Of a DNA stretch of 64,000 nucleotides, positions 24,798 to 32,942 are shown one piece after another. Both the position numbers and the translations under genes were made by a program. The notes below the pieces were generated by a model that was given only the letters and a program-made list of their open reading frames with translations, was not told where the DNA came from and searched no databases. The DNA comes from Mycobacteriales bacterium (GTDB lineage: Bacteria; Actinomycetota; Actinomycetes; Mycobacteriales; CADCTP01), in NCBI GenBank assembly GCA_035995165.1, contig DASYKU010000050.1:3040-67039 (forward strand). The letters run 5' to 3'. How positions within the stretch are numbered: position 1 is the stretch's first letter; each line of letters opens with the position of its first letter.

Positions 24798-25183
24798 CGG
24801 CCCACCGCCCACGTCGGGATCGTGGCTCCGGCCTGACCAGCGACGGGCGCGTCGGCCGATCTGACGCCGCGAGCCGCGGTTGGGCCGTGGTCGACCAGGG
24901 CGTCAGCGGCCGGGCCGTGTGCAGGTCCGACGGGCTCGAGCGCGTCGTGCGCAGCCAGGAGGTGGGCCGGGTGAGTCGGGGGTTGGAGGGTGGGGTGGCC
25001 GGTGCGGGGGTGGCGGGACACGCGGGGGCCGGGGCGGCGGGGGTCGACGCGGTGGCGGCCGGCGGGGATCACCTCGGGGGTGAAGATGCGCAGGTCCGTG
25101 TCGCCGGGGATGCGGCGCTCCAACGGCGGATCGGGTTCGGGCAGCAGGGGGACCACCCACCTTTCTGAGGAAGCTGGACTCAT
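24794..25183 (-). CDS. hypothetical Pro-rich protein, possibly co-translated with the XRE gene
   Basis: ORF 24794..25294, start guessed at ATG 25183. Third-codon positions are G/C-rich (11 of 13 in the sample I counted). No motif is recognisable and the composition is ambiguous. Confidence 0.3.
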   Translation of the reverse strand: MSPASSERWVVPLLPEPDPPLERRIPGDTDLRIFTPEVIPAGRHRVDPRRPGPRVSRHPRTGHPTLQPPTHPAHLLAAHDALEPVGPAHGPAADALVDHGPTAARGVRSADAPVAGQAGATIPTWAVGR

Positions 25184-25347
25184 CCGACCGGAATCGGTTT
25201 CCGGGCAGGAGGTCTCGGATCTAGTCCGCCGGGGGATCCCGACAACGGTGACACTGTCAGGCGCGATCAGGCCGGGTCCATGTGCTGACACCAATGGTGT
25301 CGCGCCAACTCGGGAGAAGCCGACCGGGGAGAAGCCGACCGGGGAGA

Positions 25348-26118
25348 ATGGGCCCGGTGGTGGTCTGGATCGGGGGAGCGCCGGGCGCCGGCAAGTCGAC
25401 CGTGGCGCGGGCGCTCGCGCGCCGGCACGGGCTGCGGCTCTACGGCTCGGACACGCGCACGTGGGTGCACCGCGATCGGGCGCTGCGGGCGGGCAACCTG
25501 CACGCGATCCGGTGGGAGGAGCTGACCCCGAAGGAGCGCTGGGCTCGTGCCACCGACGAGCTGCTGGCGATGTCGCTGCACGACGAACGCGGGCGGATGG
25601 TGCTCGACGATCTCGCCGCGCTCCCGGACACGCCGCTGGTCGTCGCCGAGGGCACCAGCCTGCCCGCGGCGGCGGCCGGCGTGGACAATGCGGTCTGGCT
25701 ACTTCCGACCCGGGACTTCCAGCGGGACCAGCTCGACCGCCGGTCCACCGCTCCGGGTCAGGTCCGGCTCTACACCGCCCTGCGTGAGGTCATCGCCGAC
25801 GAGGCCCGGAAGTACAGCCTGCCGACGCTCACCATCGACGACCACGCCGACACCCTCCGCGCCGTCGAGGCGATGCTGGACGTCCCGTTGCGCCAGGGTC
25901 CGCACGCGGGGGGCGAGCGGGAACGGCAGGAACTGCTGCGGGAGCAGAACCAGGCGCTCATCGAGCAGGTGCAGGGTTTCTACGCCCGGCCCTGGGCCGT
26001 CGGCGACCCGGAGGAGTCCACAGTGGACTTCGTCTGCGAGTGCGGGAATCCCTGGTGCGACAAGGAGATCCGGGCCCGCGTGCGGGACTACCGCTCACCG
26101 TGCCGCGCGGAACGGTGA
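25348..26118 (+). CDS. P-loop NTPase (kinase-like AAA domain) with a C-terminal Cys cluster
   Basis: ORF 25282..26118. The Walker A motif is GGAPGAGKST and the C-terminus has VCECGNPWCDKE. The start is ambiguous because a 15-bp repeat precedes ATG 25348. Confidence 0.65.
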   Translation: MGPVVVWIGGAPGAGKSTVARALARRHGLRLYGSDTRTWVHRDRALRAGNLHAIRWEELTPKERWARATDELLAMSLHDERGRMVLDDLAALPDTPLVVAEGTSLPAAAAGVDNAVWLLPTRDFQRDQLDRRSTAPGQVRLYTALREVIADEARKYSLPTLTIDDHADTLRAVEAMLDVPLRQGPHAGGERERQELLREQNQALIEQVQGFYARPWAVGDPEESTVDFVCECGNPWCDKEIRARVRDYRSPCRAER

Positions 26119-27282
26119 CGCCAGCAGCACCAGCCCCGCCAGCGCCACGCCGCCGGCGGAAACGCCGAGCGCGAGCCGGTAGCCGGCCGAGTCCGCGAGC
26201 AGCCCACCGAGCGGGGCGCCGACCACCACCGCGGCGCGGTTCAGCGAGCGCATCGTCGCGTTCATCCGTGCCTGCAGGCGATCGGGCGTGATGCCTTGCC
26301 GGTACGACAGCTCCAGGGGGCTCGACAGGCCCAGCCCGAACCCGTTCACGAGGTTGCCGGCGCCCGCGACGACGAGGCCGCCGACCGGAGTCACCGCGAG
26401 GATGGCGATTCCGGCGGCCTGCAGCAGCCAGGCGAGCGGGATCGTCAGCCCGGGCCGGCCGAACCGTTCGGACAGACCGGAGCCGACCAGGCCGCCGATC
26501 CCGGCGAAGGCGAGCGTGACGCCGACGCCGAGTGAGCTGAAACCCAGCCGCAGCAGGCCGTACGGGACGTAGACAGCGCCGAGCACCGCGTAGAACACGA
26601 ACCAGCCGTGCGAGCAGAGCGAGAGTGGGCGCAGCATCCGGTTCCCGTAGACCCAGCGCAGGCCCTCCTTGATCTCCGTCCATAGTGGACCTCGTTGCGG
26701 GGCAGCCGGTTCCGGCACGGCGAGCCGGGCGGTGAGCAGCGCCGAGACCAGGTACGACACCGCGTCCACGAGCACCGCGGCCGGCGCGCCGAGCCCGGCG
26801 ATCAGGCCGCCGGCCACGGCCGGGCCGGACGTGTCAGCGGCGGCCGAGCTCTGCAGCAGGCGCGCGTTGGCCCGGGTGAGCGACTCCCGCGGCACCAGCC
26901 GGGGCAGGAACGACTGGTGCGCGGAGTCGTTCACCAGCGACAGCAGGCCGAACACGACCATCAGGCCCGCCAGCACCGGCACGGACAGGCTGCCGGTCCA
27001 GGCCAGGATCGGCACCGCGCACAGCAGCACGGCGCGGCCGAGGTCGGTGCCGACCAGCAGCGGCTTGCGCCGGACCCGGTCGGCCAGCGCGCCGACGACG
27101 ACCCCGACGGCCAGGTACGGCAGCCAGCGGGCGGCGTTGACCAACCCGACGTCCGCGGCCGAGCCGGCCAGCGTGGTGACGATGAGGACCTGGATCGCCA
27201 GCGTGGTGATCTGGCTGCCGAAGCCGGACACGGTCGAGGCGGTCCAGAACAACCTGAAGTCGGCGTGGGTCCGCAGGCGCAT
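26095..27282 (-). CDS. MFS transporter (EntS/MFS_3-like)
   Basis: This is the last 395 aa of ORF 26095..28281, starting at ATG 27282 (MRLRTHADFRLFWTASTVSGFG...). It has about 12 hydrophobic segments and ADRVRRKPLL in loop 2-3. Confidence 0.8.
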   Translation of the reverse strand: MRLRTHADFRLFWTASTVSGFGSQITTLAIQVLIVTTLAGSAADVGLVNAARWLPYLAVGVVVGALADRVRRKPLLVGTDLGRAVLLCAVPILAWTGSLSVPVLAGLMVVFGLLSLVNDSAHQSFLPRLVPRESLTRANARLLQSSAAADTSGPAVAGGLIAGLGAPAAVLVDAVSYLVSALLTARLAVPEPAAPQRGPLWTEIKEGLRWVYGNRMLRPLSLCSHGWFVFYAVLGAVYVPYGLLRLGFSSLGVGVTLAFAGIGGLVGSGLSERFGRPGLTIPLAWLLQAAGIAILAVTPVGGLVVAGAGNLVNGFGLGLSSPLELSYRQGITPDRLQARMNATMRSLNRAAVVVGAPLGGLLADSAGYRLALGVSAGGVALAGLVLLASPFRAAR

Positions 27283-27478
27283 CGTGCCGCCAGCGTACGG
27301 GGGCATGATCTGGCGGCATGAAGCTGTTCCCGGGCGAACCCGCGGCGGGACCCCGGCGGGTCGAGCCGATCGCGACCGTGCTCGGCCGCGTCCGGTCGTC
27401 GCTGCCGCCCGGCCCGCCCACGGGTCCGGCCGACCAGACCCAGCGGACACGGGTCCGGCCGGGACCGGCGGTGGGACG

Positions 27479-27829
27479 GTGATCGTGGCGGTGGATGGGC
27501 GGAGTGCGGGTGGGAAGACGACGACGGCGGGGCGGATCGCGGCGACCGTCCCGGGCGCGACCGTCGTGCACACCGACGACGTCGCCTGGTACGAGTCGTT
27601 CTTCGGCTGGGCCCACCTGCTGCGGGACGGCGTGCTCGACCCGGCCCGTCGCGGGGTGGAGCGGGACGGCGACGACGAGGCCGGGGTGGCGTTCCGGGAG
27701 GAGTGGGACGCGCAGGAGGTCCCGTTCCTGGCCGCGGACCGGCCCTGGGAGCGGGCGGCCGGCGGCGCCGCCCTGCCGTACGACCCGGCTGCCGAGCGGG
27801 TGGTCGCCGACCGGATGATGAGCCGGTGA
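27479..27829 (+). CDS. P-loop kinase-like protein (uridine-kinase-like), short; possibly frameshifted or decayed
   Basis: GTG 27479 gives VIVAVDGRSAGGKTTTAGRIAAT..VVHTDDVAW. The upstream ORF 27318..27482 ends ..PGPAVGR* one frame away, so a single missing G would fuse the two. Confidence 0.45.
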   Translation: MIVAVDGRSAGGKTTTAGRIAATVPGATVVHTDDVAWYESFFGWAHLLRDGVLDPARRGVERDGDDEAGVAFREEWDAQEVPFLAADRPWERAAGGAALPYDPAAERVVADRMMSR

Positions 27830-28452
27830 CGCTGCCGGCCACCGATCCGAGACTGGCGGACGCGCTGAGCACGGACGGCCCGGTGCTCGTCGACGTCGGC
27901 TGCGGCGACGGGCGGCACACCGTGCGCTGGGCCGAGCGCCGGCCGGACGCGCTGGTGGTCGGGCTGGACGCGGAGACCACCCGGCTGGACCGCGCGCTGG
28001 TCACGGCCCGCAAGCGCAGGCTGCGGGTGCTGTTCGTGGCGGCGGCCGCGGAACACCCGCCCGAGGCGCTGGTCGGGCGGGCCGCGGAGATCGCGGTGGT
28101 GATGCCGTGGGGCTCGCTGCTGGACGGGATCCTCGGCGCCGACCGGGCGCTGCTGGCCGCGGTGCTGGGCCTGGGTGCGCCCGGGGCGACGCTCGACGCG
28201 GTCGTCAACGTCCGGCCCTGGGACGCGCCCGAGTCGATCGACCGCAAGCTGGCCGCGACCCCGGAGCCGACGCCGGAGCACCTCACCGAGCTGATCGGCG
28301 CGTACGCGGAGCTGGGCTGGGCGCTGCAGCCGATCGGCCGGCTGACCGACGGGGAGGCGCGGGCGCTCGGCTCGACCTGGGCGTCGCGGGTGGTCGCGGC
28401 CCGCGCCAGCCAGCTCCTCCGCCTCCGCGCAAACCGCCGCCAGGTGAGCTAG
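27826..28452 (+). CDS. KamB/NpmA-family 16S rRNA (adenine1408-N1)-methyltransferase-like protein
   Basis: GTG 27826 overlaps the upstream TGA. It is collinear with KamB as I recall that sequence: VLVDVGCGDGRH, LVVGLDA, VVMPWGSLLDGILG, TPEPTPEHL, YAELGW and GSTWASR. Confidence 0.7.
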   Translation: MTLPATDPRLADALSTDGPVLVDVGCGDGRHTVRWAERRPDALVVGLDAETTRLDRALVTARKRRLRVLFVAAAAEHPPEALVGRAAEIAVVMPWGSLLDGILGADRALLAAVLGLGAPGATLDAVVNVRPWDAPESIDRKLAATPEPTPEHLTELIGAYAELGWALQPIGRLTDGEARALGSTWASRVVAARASQLLRLRANRRQVS

Positions 28453-28544
28453 CGCCAGCCCCGGCCCGGCCGGGACGGGCGCCCCGGCGGCCGGCCCGGA
28501 GAGCCGTCCCCGCGGTCCGGCCCGGCGCGGGGGATCATGGCGGC

Positions 28545-29594
28545 GTGACCGTCCCGGCCGTACGTCTGACTGCTCGCGGGCATCCGGACGTCACCGGCCG
28601 GCACGACAAGACGCTGGAGCTGACCGCCGGGGACGCGATCACCGCCCGCGCGACCTGCATCCTCGGGGTCGCCGCCGGCCCGCTGCCCGGCGACCTGCCG
28701 ACCCTGCGCGGGCGGGTCCGGCTGACGATCCGGGCGGGGGAGCACGACGCCGAGGTCGAGGGCGACGCCAACCCCGGGTACGCCTCGGCCGACCGCCTGG
28801 TGGTCCGTCGCAGTGACCGGGCCGACCCGGACACGTTCCTGCTCAACGCCACCGCCGCGGCCGCCGACCTGCCGCCCGGCCTCCTGGCCGCGCTGACGAA
28901 GGACGCGCCGGTCGAGATCACCGCGGAGGAGATCGGTACGCCCGCCCGGGTGGTCCTCGTCCTCACCCACGGCCCCGTGCCCGAGGAGATCGCCCGCCTC
29001 GCCGCCCAGGCCGACCTCGTCGTCGACCTCACCGGCCGCGGCGCGCCGCCCCCGCCGATCACGCTGACCGGCCCCCGGGTGCACGCGATCCCACCCGGCC
29101 GGGCAAGGACAACCGTGGTGCTCACCGAGGACCCGGGGCAGGCGAGGGAGCTCACCAAAGGAAGCAGGGTCGTCCTCTGGCCCCCGGTCCCGGGCGCGGA
29201 CCTGCTTCTGTCCGCCGGCCGCCGGCCGTACCCGCTGCTGCAGGCAGGCCGCCACCCGGACACGAAGTCCGGCCGGAGGGACCTTGCCCGGCTGCTCGCC
29301 GCCAGCCCGGCACCGGTGGCTGTCGACCAGCCGATGGAGATCCCGCCGACGCACACGGTCATCGGACCGGACCCGGAGATCGGCTGGGGAGTGGCCGCGG
29401 GAGACGGGAGAAGGGGCACGGTCGTGCTCATCCCGCCGGACCGGGATCAGGTGACCGTCGACCCGGCCGAGCTCGCCCGGCTCCTGCGGCAGACCGGCTC
29501 CGGCCGGGACGCGGCCGCCGTGCTGACCGGTCTCGGCGTACCCCGGAAGGAGGCATATCGGCTCGCTGCCGATTCGGCTCGCGGGCCTCGATAG
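28545..29594 (+). CDS. DUF371 domain-containing protein with an extended C-terminal region
   Basis: GTG 28545 within ORF 28107..29594. The N-terminus [35 protein letters not shown] matches the DUF371 pattern. The C-terminal end [18 protein letters not shown] resembles RsmI-type methylase tails. Confidence 0.55.
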   Translation: MTVPAVRLTARGHPDVTGRHDKTLELTAGDAITARATCILGVAAGPLPGDLPTLRGRVRLTIRAGEHDAEVEGDANPGYASADRLVVRRSDRADPDTFLLNATAAAADLPPGLLAALTKDAPVEITAEEIGTPARVVLVLTHGPVPEEIARLAAQADLVVDLTGRGAPPPPITLTGPRVHAIPPGRARTTVVLTEDPGQARELTKGSRVVLWPPVPGADLLLSAGRRPYPLLQAGRHPDTKSGRRDLARLLAASPAPVAVDQPMEIPPTHTVIGPDPEIGWGVAAGDGRRGTVVLIPPDRDQVTVDPAELARLLRQTGSGRDAAAVLTGLGVPRKEAYRLAADSARGPR

Positions 29595-29629
29595 CATCGA
29601 CGTACCAACCCGGACCACCTGGAGGAACC

Positions 29630-31747
29630 GTGTCGTCGCAGCCGTCCCTGTCCGCCGTCCCCGCCAGCGTGGCGGTCGCGGCCGGCACGACGGCAGCCGA
29701 CGCGCTCGCCGCCGCCGGGATCCCGCTCACCGGCCCCTCGGCCGCCGTCGTCGTGCGCGAGCGAAGCACCGGCGCGCTGAAGGACCTGGCCTGGGCGCCG
29801 GAGGCGGACGCCGAGGTCGAGCCGGTGCCGATGGACTCCGGCGACGGCCGCGCGGTGCTGCGGCACTCCGCCGCGCACGTGCTGGCCCAGGCCGTGCAGG
29901 ACGTGTTCCCCGGGACCCGGCTCGGCATCGGCCCGCCGATCGAGAACGGCTTCTATTACGACTTCCTGCCCGAGCGCCCGTTCACCCCGGACGACCTGTC
30001 CAGGCTCGAGAAGCGGATGCAGGAGATCGTCAAGGCCGGGCAGCGGTTCGCCCGCCGGCCGATCTCCGACGACGACGCCCGGGCCGAGCTGGCCGACGAG
30101 CCGTTCAAGATCGAGCTGATCGGGCTCAAGGGCGCCGCCGAGGACACCGAGGGCGCCTCGGCCGAGGTCGGCGCCGGCCAGCTGACCATGTACGACAACC
30201 TGGACAGGAACAGCGGCGAGCGGATCTGGACCGACCTCTGCCGGGGCCCGCACCTGCCCACCACCCGGGTCATCCCGGCGTTCAGGCTCATGCGCACCGC
30301 GGCGGCGTACTGGCGGGGTTCGGAGAAGAACCCGCAGCTGCAGCGGATCTACGGCACCGCCTGGGAGTCGCGGGACGCGCTCAAGGAGCACCTGCGGCTG
30401 CTGGAGGAGGCCGAGAAGCGCGACCACCGCCGCCTCGGCACCGAGCTCGACCTGTTCAGCTTCCCCGAGGAGCTGGGCTCCGGCCTGCCCGTCTTCCACC
30501 CCAAGGGCGGCATCATCCGCCGCGAGATGGAGAACTACAGCCGGCTGCAGCACGAGCGTGCGGGCTACGACTTCGTCAACACCCCGCACATCACCAAGGG
30601 CCACCTGTACGAGGTCTCCGGTCACCTCGACTGGTACGCGGACGGCATGTTCCCGCCCATGCAGCTCGAGGGCGCGGAGTACTACCTCAAGCCGATGAAC
30701 TGCCCCATGCACGACCTGATCTTCCGGTCCCGCGGGCGGTCGTACCGGGAGCTGCCGCTGCGGATGTTCGAGTTCGGCACCGTCTACCGGTACGAGAAGT
30801 CCGGCGTCGTGCACGGCCTGACCCGGGTGCGCGGCATGACCCAGGACGACGCGCACATCTTCTGCACCCAGGAGCAGGTCGCCGGCGAGCTGGCCTCGCT
30901 GCTGACCTTCGTGCTGCAGCTGCTCGCCGACTACGGGCTGGACGACTTCTACCTCGAGCTGTCCACCCGCAACCCGGAGAAGTCGGTCGGCTCGGACGAG
31001 ATCTGGGAGATCGCGACCGACACCCTGCGCCAGGTCGGCGAGGACTCCGGGCTGGAGCTCGTACCGGACCCGGGCGGTGCCGCCTTCTACGGTCCGAAGA
31101 TCTCCGTGCAGGCCCGGGACGCGATCGGGCGGACCTGGCAGATGTCGACCATCCAGCTGGACTTCAACCTGCCGGAGCGGTTCGAGCTGGAGTACCAGGC
31201 CGCGGACGGCACCCGGAAGCGGCCGGTGATGATCCACCGGGCCCTGTTCGGCTCGATCGAGCGGTTCTTCGGCGTGCTCACCGAGCACTACGCGGGCGCG
31301 TTCCCGGCCTGGCTGGCGCCGGTGCAGGCGGTCGGCATCCCGGTCACCGACGCCCACGCGCCGTACCTGGAGGCGTTCGCGGACCGGCTGCGGGAGCACG
31401 CGATCCGCGTCGACGTCGACAACTCCGACGACCGGATGCAGAAGAAGATCCGGACCTGGACCAAGCAGAAGGTGCCGTTCCTGCTCATCGCGGGGGACGA
31501 CGACGTCGCGGCCGGGACCGTGTCCTTCCGGTACCGGGACGGCTCGCAGCGCAACGGCGTCCCGCTGGACCGCGCGGTCGAGGAGGTCGTGGCGACCGTC
31601 TCGGCCCGGGTCAACGCCGGCCCGTCGGCGGCGCTGTTCGCCGAGGCCGACGCGGCGGCGGTCCGGGCCGGAGCCGAGGCCGACGGGGCGGCGGTCCGGT
31701 CCGGAGCCGAGGCGGCCGGCGCCGAGGAGGGGCCGGCGGGCCCATGA
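29630..31747 (+). CDS. thrS: threonine--tRNA ligase with an Ala/Glu-rich C-terminal tail
   Basis: ORF 29630..31747. Family segments include [21 protein letters not shown] and class II motifs [20 protein letters not shown]. The tail contains a 33-bp tandem repeat at 31640..31705. Confidence 0.95.
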   Translation: MSSQPSLSAVPASVAVAAGTTAADALAAAGIPLTGPSAAVVVRERSTGALKDLAWAPEADAEVEPVPMDSGDGRAVLRHSAAHVLAQAVQDVFPGTRLGIGPPIENGFYYDFLPERPFTPDDLSRLEKRMQEIVKAGQRFARRPISDDDARAELADEPFKIELIGLKGAAEDTEGASAEVGAGQLTMYDNLDRNSGERIWTDLCRGPHLPTTRVIPAFRLMRTAAAYWRGSEKNPQLQRIYGTAWESRDALKEHLRLLEEAEKRDHRRLGTELDLFSFPEELGSGLPVFHPKGGIIRREMENYSRLQHERAGYDFVNTPHITKGHLYEVSGHLDWYADGMFPPMQLEGAEYYLKPMNCPMHDLIFRSRGRSYRELPLRMFEFGTVYRYEKSGVVHGLTRVRGMTQDDAHIFCTQEQVAGELASLLTFVLQLLADYGLDDFYLELSTRNPEKSVGSDEIWEIATDTLRQVGEDSGLELVPDPGGAAFYGPKISVQARDAIGRTWQMSTIQLDFNLPERFELEYQAADGTRKRPVMIHRALFGSIERFFGVLTEHYAGAFPAWLAPVQAVGIPVTDAHAPYLEAFADRLREHAIRVDVDNSDDRMQKKIRTWTKQKVPFLLIAGDDDVAAGTVSFRYRDGSQRNGVPLDRAVEEVVATVSARVNAGPSAALFAEADAAAVRAGAEADGAAVRSGAEAAGAEEGPAGP

Positions 31748-32298
31748 CCGGCGCGGCGGGCGGCCCGGAGCTGACCGAACAGGACGGCGTGGGGCAGCCG
31801 GACGCGTTCGAGCGGCTGTGGACGCCGCACCGGATGGCGTACATCAAGGGCGAGGGCAAGCCGGCGTCCGACGACGACTGCCCGTTCTGCCGGGCGCCGA
31901 CGCTCTCGGACGAGGACGGGCTGGTGCTGGCCCGCGGTTCGCTGGTGTACGCGGTGCTCAACCTCTACCCGTACAACTCCGGGCACCTGATGACCGTGCC
32001 GTACCGGCACGTGGCCGACTACACGTCGCTGTCCACCGAGGAGTGCGCCGAGCTGGCGCTGTTCACGCAGCGGTCGATGACGGCGATCCGGGTCGCCAGC
32101 GGGGCGCACGGGTTCAACATCGGGATGAACCAGGGCACCGTCGCCGGGGCCGGGATCGCCGCCCACCTGCACCAGCACGTGGTGCCGCGCTGGGGCGGCG
32201 ACACCAACTTCATGCCGGTGGTCGGGCAGACCCGGGTGCTGCCGCAGCTGCTCGGCGACACCCGCAAGATGATCGCGGCGGCCTGGCCGGAGAACTGA
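31744..32298 (+). CDS. HIT family protein (Ap4A phosphorylase-like)
   Basis: It has an ATGA overlap with thrS. The histidine triad is [10 protein letters not shown], and [11 protein letters not shown] is present. Confidence 0.85.
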   Translation: MTGAAGGPELTEQDGVGQPDAFERLWTPHRMAYIKGEGKPASDDDCPFCRAPTLSDEDGLVLARGSLVYAVLNLYPYNSGHLMTVPYRHVADYTSLSTEECAELALFTQRSMTAIRVASGAHGFNIGMNQGTVAGAGIAAHLHQHVVPRWGGDTNFMPVVGQTRVLPQLLGDTRKMIAAAWPEN

Positions 32299-32322
32299 GC
32301 CGCTGGCTCAGTGCGAGACGGC

Positions 32323-32826
32323 TCAGTGTGAGAGGTCCACGACGAGGCGGTCCGGTCCGGTCAGCGTGAACGCCCGGAAGCCGGTCCGGGTCTGCTGCCC
32401 GATCCCGTACGTCAGGGTGGCCTCGAACTCGCCGGCGCCGGTGACCTGACGCAGCGCCGGGAAGCCGGGGCTCACCGAGATCTGCGCGGACGGGTGCGCG
32501 AGCCAGTCGGTGCCGTGCACGACGACCTGGAGGTCGGCCGCGCCGAGCAGCGGCACCGGCGCGCCGGACCCGTCGCGGGTCACCTGGGGCACGTAGCGGA
32601 CGTCCCAGGACGGGATCCCGGTGCTCGCGGTGAACACGACCCGGTCGAAGTCGGGGTGCCGGCCGACCGTGACCGACGTGATCGTGACGGGACCGGCCGA
32701 GCCGGCGGCCGGCGCGGTGCCGAAGCCGGGCAGTGCGGCGGCCGGCCCGGCGGTGAGCGTGAGGACGCTGACCGCGGCGACCGCGACGGTGGCCAGCGCG
32801 ACGGCGAGACGACGGCGGACGGACAT
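32323..32826 (-). CDS. secreted AMIN-like domain protein
   Basis: This is the last 167 aa of ORF 32323..35169, starting at ATG 32826. The signal peptide is MSVRRRLAVALATVAVAAVSVLTLTAGPAAA. The domain segment is VTVGRHPDFDRVVF...WDVRYVPQVTRDGSG. Confidence 0.65.
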   Translation of the reverse strand: MSVRRRLAVALATVAVAAVSVLTLTAGPAAALPGFGTAPAAGSAGPVTITSVTVGRHPDFDRVVFTASTGIPSWDVRYVPQVTRDGSGAPVPLLGAADLQVVVHGTDWLAHPSAQISVSPGFPALRQVTGAGEFEATLTYGIGQQTRTGFRAFTLTGPDRLVVDLSH

Positions 32827-32942
32827 GAGGACCCCCTCGGCGGCCCGGTCGGTACGCACCGCCGGGATGCACCAGGGACGCCCACCCCGCCCAGCCGGTT
32901 GACCCGCGCCCGCAGACCTGCTCCGAAGGGCAGCCCCCTGGC

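Noticed and set aside
20556-26118. An integrative element or prophage at tRNA-Val(CAC).
   Set aside because: I could find no integrase, recombinase, excisionase or phage structural gene, and no direct repeat of the tRNA 3' end. I describe it only as an accessory islet.
27283-28281. The upstream part of the 728-aa minus ORF 26095..28281.
   Set aside because: The MFS transporter begins at ATG 27282. The upstream portion is antisense to the P-loop and KamB-like genes and is compositionally a shadow ORF.
29595-29629. A T-box, riboswitch or leader upstream of thrS. I also looked upstream of pdxS at 39608..39627.
   Set aside because: The spacers are only about 20-35 nt, too short for such elements, and I saw no conserved specifier or terminator structure.
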